NCBI GenBank assembly: GCA_041661265.1
Contig: JBAZUT010000009.1
Location: 1-62,448, forward strand
Reading direction: 5' to 3'
Length of the DNA stretch: 62,448 nucleotides
DNA from: Minisyncoccota bacterium
GTDB taxonomy: Bacteria; Patescibacteriota; Minisyncoccia; JAHIHE01; JAGLIN01
The notes under the pieces were generated by a model, which worked only from the letters and a program-made list of their open reading frames with translations, searched no databases and had not been told where the DNA came from. Shown piece after piece: positions 1 to 7,574 of this stretch. Numbering within the stretch: the first letter of the stretch is position 1; each line of letters opens with the position of its first letter. Both the position numbers and the translations under genes were made by a program.

Positions 1-1
1 C

Positions 2-607
2 ATCGTAAATGAGACAAAAATAACCGAGTACTATTTGATAGATGAAAAAATAAATAAATCATTTTCTTCGATGGACACCCCGCCGGGAATCGCCGCGGTA
101 TATTCCAAACCCGGCAACAAAATTGACCATACAAAACCGATTGTCTATCTCAACGCAATCAACGATCCCGGAAACGTCGGCACGATCCTGAGGTCTGCTC
201 TTGCGTTTGATCTGCAAAATATCGTGATCGACGAACGCTCGGCGGACGTCTATAATCCAAAAACCATCAGCGCCGCAAAAGACGCCATTTTCAAACTGAA
301 CATCGGATTTGATAAGGATAGAAAATTTCTTATTGATCTGAAAAAAATGTCCGCCCAAGGCGGACCAGCCTCGGGCTGGCCCATATTCACAACGCGGCTT
401 GAGAAATCCAACGGGCTTGAAATTTTGAATAAGCAAAAACTGTTCTGCATTGTCCTTGGAAGCGAATCGCATGGCGTGGATGAAGCCATCAGAAAAATGA
501 GTGATGATTTCATCAGGATCCCGATGAGTGCCAACATTGAGTCTCTCAACGTAGCCGCAAGCGCCGCAATAATTTTTCATGAAATTTATAATAATCGTAA
601 AAACTGA
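2..607 (+). CDS. TrmH/SpoU-family RNA 2'-O-methyltransferase, 5' end runs off the window
   Basis: Frame is open from nt 2, with no stop before the TTG at 35. Motifs NDPGNVGTILRSALAF, VLGSESHGV and IPMSANIESLNVAASAAIIFHE. Confidence 0.8.
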   Translation: MVNETKITEYYLIDEKINKSFSSMDTPPGIAAVYSKPGNKIDHTKPIVYLNAINDPGNVGTILRSALAFDLQNIVIDERSADVYNPKTISAAKDAIFKLNIGFDKDRKFLIDLKKMSAQGGPASGWPIFTTRLEKSNGLEILNKQKLFCIVLGSESHGVDEAIRKMSDDFIRIPMSANIESLNVAASAAIIFHEIYNNRKN

Positions 608-697
608 CATTAATTCTATTGTAAAAATGCGCTAAAAACCTTCGGAAGGGTATTTTAGCCCCTCCCCCCATTTGCCTAGAGGAGATTTGACAGGGTA

Positions 698-726
698 TTG
701 ACAAAAGCACTATAAAGTACTATAAT
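698..726 (+). promoter_or_regulatory. sigma70-type promoter for 776..1156
   Basis: TTGACA (698-703), 17-nt spacer, TATAAT (721-726). A second TTGACA lies at 687-692. Confidence 0.6.
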
Positions 727-775
727 ACAATGTTCCTTTTAAAAAATAAAAGAGGAATAAAAATGAGGTGATGGA

Positions 776-1156
776 ATGTTAAGAATGATATTAGAGCTAG
801 GGTTGTTCATATTTGGAATCGCGTCGTTGATTGTTGGCATTAGTGCAACTGAAAAACACCACCGGTTAATAAAATTTGTGGGAATTATTATGGGAATCGC
901 GGTGATATTTTTTTCAGGCGCCTTATATTCTCAAGGAACGGATGCCAGCGGCGATGTCAGCTTGCCTGACGGAATATATTACATGCATAGCGACTTTATC
1001 CAAAGTGATGATAATGTATATGTATTGTTGGCTCCGACGCCATCTACAGTTCCAAAGTATTATCACTTCCCAACAAACAAGATAAATCCGACAGAACAGC
1101 TAAAAGCCGGCGATACCGTGGAGATCATGGGAGGTACGATATCAAAATATAAGTAA
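776..1156 (+). CDS. hypothetical membrane-anchored protein
   Basis: GAGGTGA RBS just upstream. Two N-terminal hydrophobic helices. Followed by a terminator. Confidence 0.65.
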   Translation: MLRMILELGLFIFGIASLIVGISATEKHHRLIKFVGIIMGIAVIFFSGALYSQGTDASGDVSLPDGIYYMHSDFIQSDDNVYVLLAPTPSTVPKYYHFPTNKINPTEQLKAGDTVEIMGGTISKYK

Positions 1157-1162
1157 CTATAT

Positions 1163-1187
1163 AAGCGTAGAACATACGCTTTTTTTA
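1163..1187 (+). terminator. intrinsic terminator
   Basis: AAGCGTA-gaaca-TACGCTT followed by a T-run. Confidence 0.7.
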
Positions 1188-1479
1188 TAAGATAATCCTG
1201 CTTGCCGTATTTGGAAAATGCAATAAGAATGTTTATACAACCGATATCTTATCGATCTCTCTAAAAAGGACAGACATTTCTCATGTTCCAAATTGATATC
1301 TCATTATCCGGGATGAGTTTTCTCCATCCGCACCCCTCTTCTTGTGTTGATTTTGGCATAGTTTTTGACATATGCCCTTAGTTTACCAGAAGATCAATAT
1401 GTCTGTACACATTACCAAAAGGTATTGACATTTCTGTTCTTTTATGAGACTATACTCTGTTGTTTATACAACAGGAGAG

Positions 1480-1749
1480 ATGATTATGTGGAATGAACTA
1501 GTTATAGCATTTATTCTTGTGAGCATAGCGGCATTTCTTTTTGCTCTTGCAAAAAAAGCCGCTGACGACTATGTGAATAATATATACGATCGGGATTCAT
1601 TTGATTCGGTCGTCGCAGTTTTTTTCTTTGCAGTTGGACTGGCTTTTCTCGTTGTGGCATTCGGATATGCGAAAGAATATGCCATAATACCTTCCGCCAT
1701 GTTCACAATTCTTGCGGTCTTAATGAAAAAATTCAAAAAAACTCCCTGA
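1480..1749 (+). CDS. hypothetical small membrane protein
   Basis: AGGAGA RBS before the ATG at 1480. The track start at 1444 lies inside the TTGACA(1425)/TATACT(1451) promoter region. Two TM helices. Confidence 0.6.
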   Translation: MIMWNELVIAFILVSIAAFLFALAKKAADDYVNNIYDRDSFDSVVAVFFFAVGLAFLVVAFGYAKEYAIIPSAMFTILAVLMKKFKKTP

Positions 1750-1768
1750 TCACGGGAGTTCTTTCTTT
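1741..1768 (+). terminator. intrinsic terminator
   Basis: ACTCCC-tgatcac-GGGAGT then TCTTTCTTT. The stop codon sits in the loop. Confidence 0.6.
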
Positions 1769-1837
1769 ATAGCAGATCGGAATCCGACAGATATCGCGAA
1801 CGTTTTTCTGCATCGGACCCTATCGGAGAGAAAACTC

Positions 1838-3487
1838 TTAATCTGAGACTTTTCGCAGTTCTATATATTCCAGCTTTCCCTTGGAGGCTTTTTTGGAAAA
1901 TTCCGAAGATGCATTGATCTTCAATTTCAGATCTTTCAATATGGAATTGTAATACCTTCTCTGATCCCCTTTTACAATGCTCATCAATATCCTTCCGTTC
2001 GGACGGAGTATGCGGGCCAGTTCTTCCAATATTTCTTTCCGGAATTCGTTCTCCATCCCATAGTGCATAAAAGTGTTTATGAAAATAGTGTCGACGGAAT
2101 TATCGGGAAGTCCGGTCCGGTGAGCCGAAGCAAGAATAAAGTTTCCGGAATCGATCTGCTTATGATCAAGCCAGATATCCAATCCGCGTGCATCGGTTCC
2201 CGCTTCGCGCAGTTCATCCATAAACTTTCCCGCTCCCGTTCCAACATCAAGCGTCTGGCCCAAATTCTTATCCTTGACGAATTCCCTCAGCTGTTCGGGA
2301 TTCCGGGTGCCAAAAAACCATCGAGCATCCCGGTTGGTCCGGTCAAAACCATTCTCTTTGATTTTCCCATCCGGCGTTCTGCGTTTAATATGAACAAACC
2401 CGCCCGGATCATATCCTTCTTTCTGAACCTCTATCTCTTCTCCGTCCGGATAGCGATACTTCAGCTTGTAACCGCTTTTCAACTCCTCGATCATCGGCGC
2501 CAAATGAGCTTCTTCTTTCGCATTATCTAAATCGGGCTCAGGCTCGGGTCCCACCTCTTCCCGGAACAGCTTCATGACATCTTTCAGTCTTTCTCCAAAA
2601 ACCTCCCCGAAGCACTTTTCGAGGTCGGCCTCGCGCTTTCGTTCGGACAGAACACTCCAAAATTCTTTGAGCTTTTCTTTTCCGAATCTGTTTTCCAGGA
2701 ACCGGCAAACGAGTCTTTCCCACTCCTCGACCGCAAAATCCCCCTCTTTGAAATCCTTTACGATCTCGTCATATGGGTCCTTGTCCCGCACTTGCTCCCT
2801 TGCTTTGTCTTCAACCATCTTCCTGTAATCGAAAAAATCCTTCGTATATTTTTCCCACATTTCCTGGTCGATGAACACGCATGCCATCTCCTGCGCCCAT
2901 TTGTTTCCCGGCTCCCTGTAATCAACTTTGTTAAAAAAAGAATGGGCGTGGGTCAATTCGTGCGCTATGGTCGGATAGATGCTATATTTGTAGTTTTTCC
3001 TCGAACGTATCTCGAACTCTTCGAATGTGATTTCATTTTCTTCGAGATATTTCCGGACCTTCGGATCATCCGGGTCCGATTTCAGCGTCATGAACTTGCC
3101 TATATGATACTTGTCGCTTTTCTCGTCATAAATGCAATACATATCGTCTTCGATGACACCCTTTTCGAATTTATCCGGAAAACCGGCCTTAAGATATTCT
3201 TCATACTCTTTTCTATCGCTATAGACCCGAAAATCATATGCTGACGTATTTTCGTTCTCGCCCAGATATTTTTCGATCTCGCTGTTTATCTTTTGCACTT
3301 CAGCCGAAAATTCTTCCTTATCCATTACCCCGTCCAGTCCTTTATCAAAATAGACCTCACCGATATTAAGTTCTTTCTCGGGATATTTTCTTTGTTCGGG
3401 ATTGCCGGTATCCGCATCCTCATCCGGCAAATCGCCGGAAGTCCTGTCGTTAAAGGCCTGTATAAAATTTCTTTCATTCATTTCCAT
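1838..3487 (-). CDS. fusion protein: HExxH (zincin-like) N-terminal region + class I SAM-dependent methyltransferase
   Basis: IAHELTHAH motif. C-terminal LDVGTGAGKF (SAM motif I) and DTIFINTFMHY/RILRPNGRIL. Confidence 0.7.
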   Translation of the reverse strand: MEMNERNFIQAFNDRTSGDLPDEDADTGNPEQRKYPEKELNIGEVYFDKGLDGVMDKEEFSAEVQKINSEIEKYLGENENTSAYDFRVYSDRKEYEEYLKAGFPDKFEKGVIEDDMYCIYDEKSDKYHIGKFMTLKSDPDDPKVRKYLEENEITFEEFEIRSRKNYKYSIYPTIAHELTHAHSFFNKVDYREPGNKWAQEMACVFIDQEMWEKYTKDFFDYRKMVEDKAREQVRDKDPYDEIVKDFKEGDFAVEEWERLVCRFLENRFGKEKLKEFWSVLSERKREADLEKCFGEVFGERLKDVMKLFREEVGPEPEPDLDNAKEEAHLAPMIEELKSGYKLKYRYPDGEEIEVQKEGYDPGGFVHIKRRTPDGKIKENGFDRTNRDARWFFGTRNPEQLREFVKDKNLGQTLDVGTGAGKFMDELREAGTDARGLDIWLDHKQIDSGNFILASAHRTGLPDNSVDTIFINTFMHYGMENEFRKEILEELARILRPNGRILMSIVKGDQRRYYNSILKDLKLKINASSEFSKKASKGKLEYIELRKVSD

Positions 3488-3599
3488 ATTTGATCGGTTT
3501 ATGCTCTTATTCTCTGCTTAGTATATCAAAATATCGCTCCATTGGCGACAAATGGACATTTATTAAAAAAAGAGAGTTTTTTTGCTCTCAATTCAGAAG

Positions 3600-3818
3600 T
3601 CACACATACGACCTGTTGATCTCGCTCTTACGAGCTTCTTTCTGCTTTGCTCGAATTTCTCTGCCCATATCTATTTTTCTTGGAGAATCCGCCGGCTCAT
3701 TCATGCAAAGCTCAAGCTCCTTTTCAGTGAGATCGGCCATCATCTCGGCATATGTTTGGTCCCGCTCTTCCAGAGTGTGGTCGCAATAAGCGCGGCCGCA
3801 TATCGGACACAAGCTCAT
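3600..3818 (-). CDS. small Cys-motif (zinc-ribbon-like) protein
   Basis: GGAGG RBS before the ATG at 3818. The TTGACA at 3866-3861 lies downstream of the track start at 3869, which excludes that start. CPICGRAYCDH motif. Confidence 0.6.
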   Translation of the reverse strand: MSLCPICGRAYCDHTLEERDQTYAEMMADLTEKELELCMNEPADSPRKIDMGREIRAKQKEARKSEINRSYV

Positions 3819-3944
3819 ATTCTCTGCCTCCGAAATTAATATTAATCTGAATTGTCTCTTTGTCAACAATTAAAAAGTCCGGTCACAAACGGATTTTGAA
3901 ACAATAAAAATGCTTTGCACCTTGAAGCTTCCTGATGAGGAAGC

Positions 3945-4175
3945 GAAAAAGTGGACCGTACCGGACTGTCACTGCTCGTCCCGAGGACTCGGGACTGCGT
4001 TCGATGTGGCTTCGCGACAATATATCCGCCCTCCTTCGCCCAGGGCGGCGGGGCTTCACTTCGGCTCGGGCGAGGCGGAATTCCCTCACACCCCCCCCCC
4101 TTCCGCCTTGCCCGCGCTTTGAACGCCGACAGAATTTGTGCCAGCGTTACCTGGCGCTCCGTCCTTTTCTATTTA
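3945..4175 (-). ncRNA. GC-rich structured RNA with RNase P RNA-like motifs (identity not settled)
   Basis: GC island with only Arg/Pro/Gly-rich pseudo-ORFs. Contains GCCAGGUAACGCUGGC, GCGGGCAAGGCGGAAGGGG and a GUCCCGAG..CUCGGGAC hairpin followed by GACAGUCCGGUAC. The termini can pair (AGAAAAGGAC/GUCCACUUUUUC). Confidence 0.5.
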
Positions 4176-4179
4176 TATT

Positions 4180-4710
4180 TCAATACCAAAGACCCAATCC
4201 TTTTTTTATAAATATTGCATATTTATAACGGCTGCTATTTTCACACTCAATCTTAATTGTTACAGTAATGTCTTTTATATTAAATTCAATTTCAGATGTA
4301 TTAACTTCTTTTAAGAAATGTTTGCAAAATGAATTCCAATTTAACAAAGGATTGACCGGTATATTTTTATCCTTAACAAATCTCTCGATGTCAGCTTTTA
4401 ATTTTTTGAAATTAAATATATCATTTACATATTTTTTAATATTGCTAAGAATTTCTTTGTTCGATTTACCTAAAATTAAATTGGGTGATAATAAAGATGA
4501 TATAAATTCAGTTGATGATTTTCTATCTAATTTAGGGTGAACTATCCAGTTGCAGTATACATACAGCGTTTCGTATTTTGAAGTTAGATTTTCATTATCA
4601 ATAATCTTGCGAGCGGTAATCAGAAAATATATAACCTCTTGCCCGCTATTAAATAGCGAATTATTTGGCATATTTGTTCTTAAATTATCCAACAATACTT
4701 GTTTATCCAT
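4180..4710 (-). CDS. hypothetical protein in the AT-rich islet
   Basis: 176-aa ORF, Asn/Lys/Ile-rich. I recognise no motif. Confidence 0.55.
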   Translation of the reverse strand: MDKQVLLDNLRTNMPNNSLFNSGQEVIYFLITARKIIDNENLTSKYETLYVYCNWIVHPKLDRKSSTEFISSLLSPNLILGKSNKEILSNIKKYVNDIFNFKKLKADIERFVKDKNIPVNPLLNWNSFCKHFLKEVNTSEIEFNIKDITVTIKIECENSSRYKYAIFIKKGLGLWY

Positions 4711-4719
4711 AAATAGACT

Positions 4720-4881
4720 TTATTTCCCCGATTCAGTCCGATTACCTTGTTTGCACAACATTTGACAATTACTTAATACGGTTTTTCCGCCTTCATGTCA
4801 CGGTTTTATATGGTCGGCTTCCATTTCTTCTGTTTCAAAATGTTCTTTGCATTTTTTACTTGACTTGCCTTGTGTAAGTAT
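4720..4881 (-). pseudogene. HNH endonuclease remnant (C-terminal core only, with an in-frame TGA)
   Basis: My own translation gives ..[44 protein letters not shown]. The TGA (4798-4800) sits where HNH proteins have Trp (DHIxPW). There is no N-terminus and no start codon. Confidence 0.6.
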
Positions 4882-4929
4882 TTATTTGATGATTTATTTT
4901 TCATAAGCTATTTGCTTTAGGTGTAATAA

Positions 4930-5574
4930 CTAAAAATTATTTGAACGCATTTGCAAAAACAGTGACAGGATTGCTTCTGGAAGATATTTTTGCGGATTTG
5001 GATTGTGCCAAATTTTATAATCAAACATCTGCTCTTCGTACATCCCCCCTAAAATCATCAGGGAGCTGACTTTAGAATTTTCGCAAAGATTTAAATACAT
5101 CTCTGGTGTATTTTGCATTTCCAAAATTGGACTCATAAAAAGCGGCGGCCGCATAGTATCCTCATCTGCAAGAACCACAATGTTATGCGCGTTATCTAAA
5201 AATTTATTGCGGGCTCTCGTTAAAGCTCGATCTATTTTGATTTCATCATCATCGCCAGAAAGCACACCACCACGCCTTGCTTTCTCATACTCTTCTGGCC
5301 TAAAACCTTTCACTTCCACATATATAGTTCCCCCATTTAGCTCACAGGCAAAATCAACATCCTTCTTAGAAACAGTCTTTTTATCTATCTCAATCACGGA
5401 GATACCAAGCTTATTATTAAAAATGATAATCGCGCGCATTTCGCTTATAGTCTGCCAGTAACTTGGGACATTTTTCAGCTTTGATTCAAAAACTTCCCTA
5501 AACTTGTCGGGAATGAGACTAAGTAGTTTCTCCTCTAGCACTACATTATTTTTTAAGTAATTATTTCCTGCCAT
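4930..5574 (-). CDS. hypothetical protein with PD-(D/E)xK-like nuclease motif
   Basis: DVDFAC..(10 aa)..IYVEVKG matches the D..(D/E)xK pattern of restriction-endonuclease-fold proteins. Confidence 0.5.
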   Translation of the reverse strand: MAGNNYLKNNVVLEEKLLSLIPDKFREVFESKLKNVPSYWQTISEMRAIIIFNNKLGISVIEIDKKTVSKKDVDFACELNGGTIYVEVKGFRPEEYEKARRGGVLSGDDDEIKIDRALTRARNKFLDNAHNIVVLADEDTMRPPLFMSPILEMQNTPEMYLNLCENSKVSSLMILGGMYEEQMFDYKIWHNPNPQKYLPEAILSLFLQMRSNNF

Positions 5575-5654
5575 AATTTACTTCATTAAATCATCAAGCG
5601 AAACACCGAGAGTTTTGACAATTTTACTTAACCCCAAGCAAGTCCGTAAATTAA

Positions 5655-5939
5655 TCAAAAAAGTGAATCAACCAATTTTTCAGCTTCTCTATCCATCGCA
5701 TTATCATCATGATTGTCGATATGAGAAGCTACGCACAAAAACGCAACTGTTGCTCCCCGAACGGCAAACCAGACTCTCGGGAATTGATTGGGACGTAAAT
5801 TTTTGACTGCCAGTTCTATTTTCCAAATTGCAAAGCTTTCAAAACACTTGATCCTATGCAGCTTTGCCGGGGCGATGACCTGCCTTGGGTTTACTGGATC
5901 AAAATGGACTTCGCAGATTCGCTTGAATGACTCAATGCC
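5655..5939 (-). pseudogene. possible RelE/ParE(Gp49/HigB)-like toxin remnant without a start codon
   Basis: My own translation gives ..FAIWKIELAVKNLRPNQFPRVWFAVRGATVAFLCVASHIDNHDDNAMDREAEKLVDSLF*. No ATG/GTG/TTG lies near the 5' end. It is followed (5578-5667) by a 29-codon frame ending IVKTLGVSLDDLMK*, which looks like an XRE-HTH C-terminus. Confidence 0.3.
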
Positions 5940-5945
5940 GGGATC

Positions 5946-5980
5946 AAAAAAAAGGAAACCGCCGTTTCAAATTGGCGGAT
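5946..5980 (-). terminator. intrinsic terminator after 6011..6502
   Basis: CCGCC-aauuugaaac-GGCGG followed by UUUCCUUUUUUUU on the minus strand. Confidence 0.65.
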
Positions 5981-6010
5981 TCTTTCTCAAAACGAGGATG
6001 AAAAACAAAA

Positions 6011-6502
6011 TTAAGCATTTTCTTCCATGTTAGTTCCGCGATAAAAAGCCAGCTCATAAGCAATCTCCTGATTGGGAGCTGTACCGATATATGGCGCTTC
6101 TGCGTGCGTCAGATCCTCCAGTTGTTTTCCTGATAAGTGGCCATATTTCAAAATAACCCTATCTAATATTTCATGTTCTTCCTTTGAAAAATTTCTTTCA
6201 ATTTTCCTTCTGGCTTTGTAAATTTCCGTCGGGTTGAAATCAGCCCTCTCTTTTTCTTGTTTTATATCAATCTCTTTTCCATTCATATCAGCAAGCACTT
6301 TTTCCATGGTTATAGGAAATGGCCCCATGGGCAACGCCTTATAAACATCGCCGGTCAATGATTTATTGAATTTTTCAAAATAATCAAAATCGACGAAATA
6401 TAACAATTTCGCTAGTTTTTTCTTACCTTTTATCTCGCCGCCAAGCTTTTCCGCAAGATATAAGATAATCTCCTTATATTTTTTTTCGTTGATTTTTGCC
6501 AT
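6011..6502 (-). CDS. Panacea/DUF4065 (SocA/GepA-like) antitoxin-type protein
   Basis: KKKLAKLLYFVDFDYFEKFNKSLTGDVYKALPMGPFP and ..LSGKQLEDLTHAEAPY.. resemble DUF4065 proteins. It has its own TATAAT promoter upstream. Confidence 0.65.
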   Translation of the reverse strand: MAKINEKKYKEIILYLAEKLGGEIKGKKKLAKLLYFVDFDYFEKFNKSLTGDVYKALPMGPFPITMEKVLADMNGKEIDIKQEKERADFNPTEIYKARRKIERNFSKEEHEILDRVILKYGHLSGKQLEDLTHAEAPYIGTAPNQEIAYELAFYRGTNMEENA

Positions 6503-6569
6503 GTCTTTTCATTTACTAAATTCTATAAATATTATACCACAATAATAATCCAAAGTAAAGTAATTTCTG

Positions 6570-6640
6570 TGGACCCAAGGAGAGTCGAACTCCTGACTTC
6601 GCAATGCCATTGCGATATTTTACCACTGAACTATGGGCCC
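6570..6640 (-). tRNA. tRNA-Ala (GGC)
   Basis: Folded by hand: acceptor GGGCCCA/TGGGTCC with G3:U70, anticodon arm TCGCA-ATGGCAT-TGCGA, T-arm AGGAG-TTCGACT-CTCCT, discriminator A. No encoded CCA. Confidence 0.9.
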
Positions 6641-7311
6641 TTATGAAACATTTTTGGCATTTCCATTAATTCTAAATGCAAGTCAGCAGACAGATAATCA
6701 ATTCTGCAAACTCCCTTGTAATTCTTTTTTTCCGATTTTTTCCCTATTGTTCGCGGGTCAATTCTTGCTCTATAGAATTGCGACGACGGAACTTTCGTGA
6801 CCCTGGACCACAGATTTTCCAATTCAATTATATTCTGATCGGCTCTGCATTGAAGAGTACACCGAAATTTGTTTTCATTGATATTATAGCAAAATCTCAA
6901 CAAGCGCAAGAAAAGACTGATAATAAATGGGTCCGAATTACCAAACAACACTGTACCCCGCTTACGACTCTTGCCTCCTTCTCCCAAATACAGCATTGAT
7001 AGTGCAACCCTGGCGATGTCCTTGTTTTTCAATGCATTCGCAAGCCGCTTATTCCGCTGCGTGACCGATTCCAAATACTTTCTTCTATTGTTTCTATTTA
7101 CGACCAATGCGATTTTACGACCAATGCGTGCATTCCTCACAACCATACTTTTCACTCTCTTGTGATATTCTTCCGACATACCGATATTTCTACACCAATT
7201 TGAAAGTGTGCTTTTAGGGATCATAATTTTCAGAGATTTTTGAATCTCTTTATATGTTTTCCCTTTTTTTCTCAGATCGATAGCTTTATCTTTTGTGGTT
7301 TGCATTTTCAT
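6631..7311 (-). CDS. LAGLIDADG-like homing-endonuclease-type protein with N-terminal HTH
   Basis: MLYLGEGGK...LFGNSDPFIISLFLRLL resembles single-motif LAGLIDADG proteins. The N-terminus KGKTYKEIQKSLKI..STLSNW is HTH-like. The stop codon TAG (6631-6633) is U8-A9-G10 of tRNA-Ala. Confidence 0.5.
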   Translation of the reverse strand: MKMQTTKDKAIDLRKKGKTYKEIQKSLKIMIPKSTLSNWCRNIGMSEEYHKRVKSMVVRNARIGRKIALVVNRNNRRKYLESVTQRNKRLANALKNKDIARVALSMLYLGEGGKSRKRGTVLFGNSDPFIISLFLRLLRFCYNINENKFRCTLQCRADQNIIELENLWSRVTKVPSSQFYRARIDPRTIGKKSEKKNYKGVCRIDYLSADLHLELMEMPKMFHKGP

Positions 7312-7403
7312 ATCTTTATTGTACCACCGCGCTTATCAATGTGCAAACTACATAGAAAACCACATCGCCCTCACTGATTATTACAGCCATCTGCCATCTC
7401 TGT

Positions 7404-7426
7404 TCTACCAACTGCGCTAACGGCCC
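7404..7426 (-). other. tRNA-like 5' fragment (acceptor 5' strand + D-arm 5' half only)
   Basis: GGGCCGTTAGCGCAGTTGGTAGA looks like tRNA positions 1-21. No D-stem closure, anticodon arm or T-arm follows. Confidence 0.35.
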
Positions 7427-7574
7427 AAATCAACTTATAACGTGTAACTCATAACCCACACCGCCAACTAAACACGACTAAGCACCTTGAATTTTAAGCT
7501 ATAAGTTATATGCCACACGTTACACGAAGTTATCTTACCAAAATCTGAAAAAAACACAAGCCTTGCGATCAATT

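Noticed and set aside
3883-4228. Four overlapping track ORFs (3883..4089-, 3910..4122+, 3935..4228+, 3951..4211+) over the GC-rich island.
   Set aside because: All are Arg/Pro/Gly/Ala-rich low-complexity translations on both strands of the same GC island, and none has an RBS. The sequence is better explained as a structured RNA.
4798-4800. UGA read as a sense codon (alternative genetic code), suggested by TGA at the Trp position of the HNH remnant.
   Set aside because: Well-defined genes here end at TGA with sensible C-termini, for example cca at 15018-15020 and 20134..20919. The HNH fragment also lacks an N-terminus and a start codon, so a pseudogene is the simpler explanation.
6641-7426. 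An intron-containing or split tRNA, with the 5' exon at 7404-7426, the intron holding the LAGLIDADG-like ORF, and the 3' exon near 6640.
   Set aside because: The sequence at 6570-6640 is already a complete tRNA-Ala on its own. The upstream fragment stops in the D-loop, which is not a known bacterial intron position. I saw no group I intron core elements.
7519-7533. loxP-like arm (TACACGAAGTTAT versus the loxP arm TATACGAAGTTAT).
   Set aside because: It is a single 13-nt resemblance without the second arm, the 8-bp core, or a Cre-like recombinase. It is probably coincidental AT-rich similarity.
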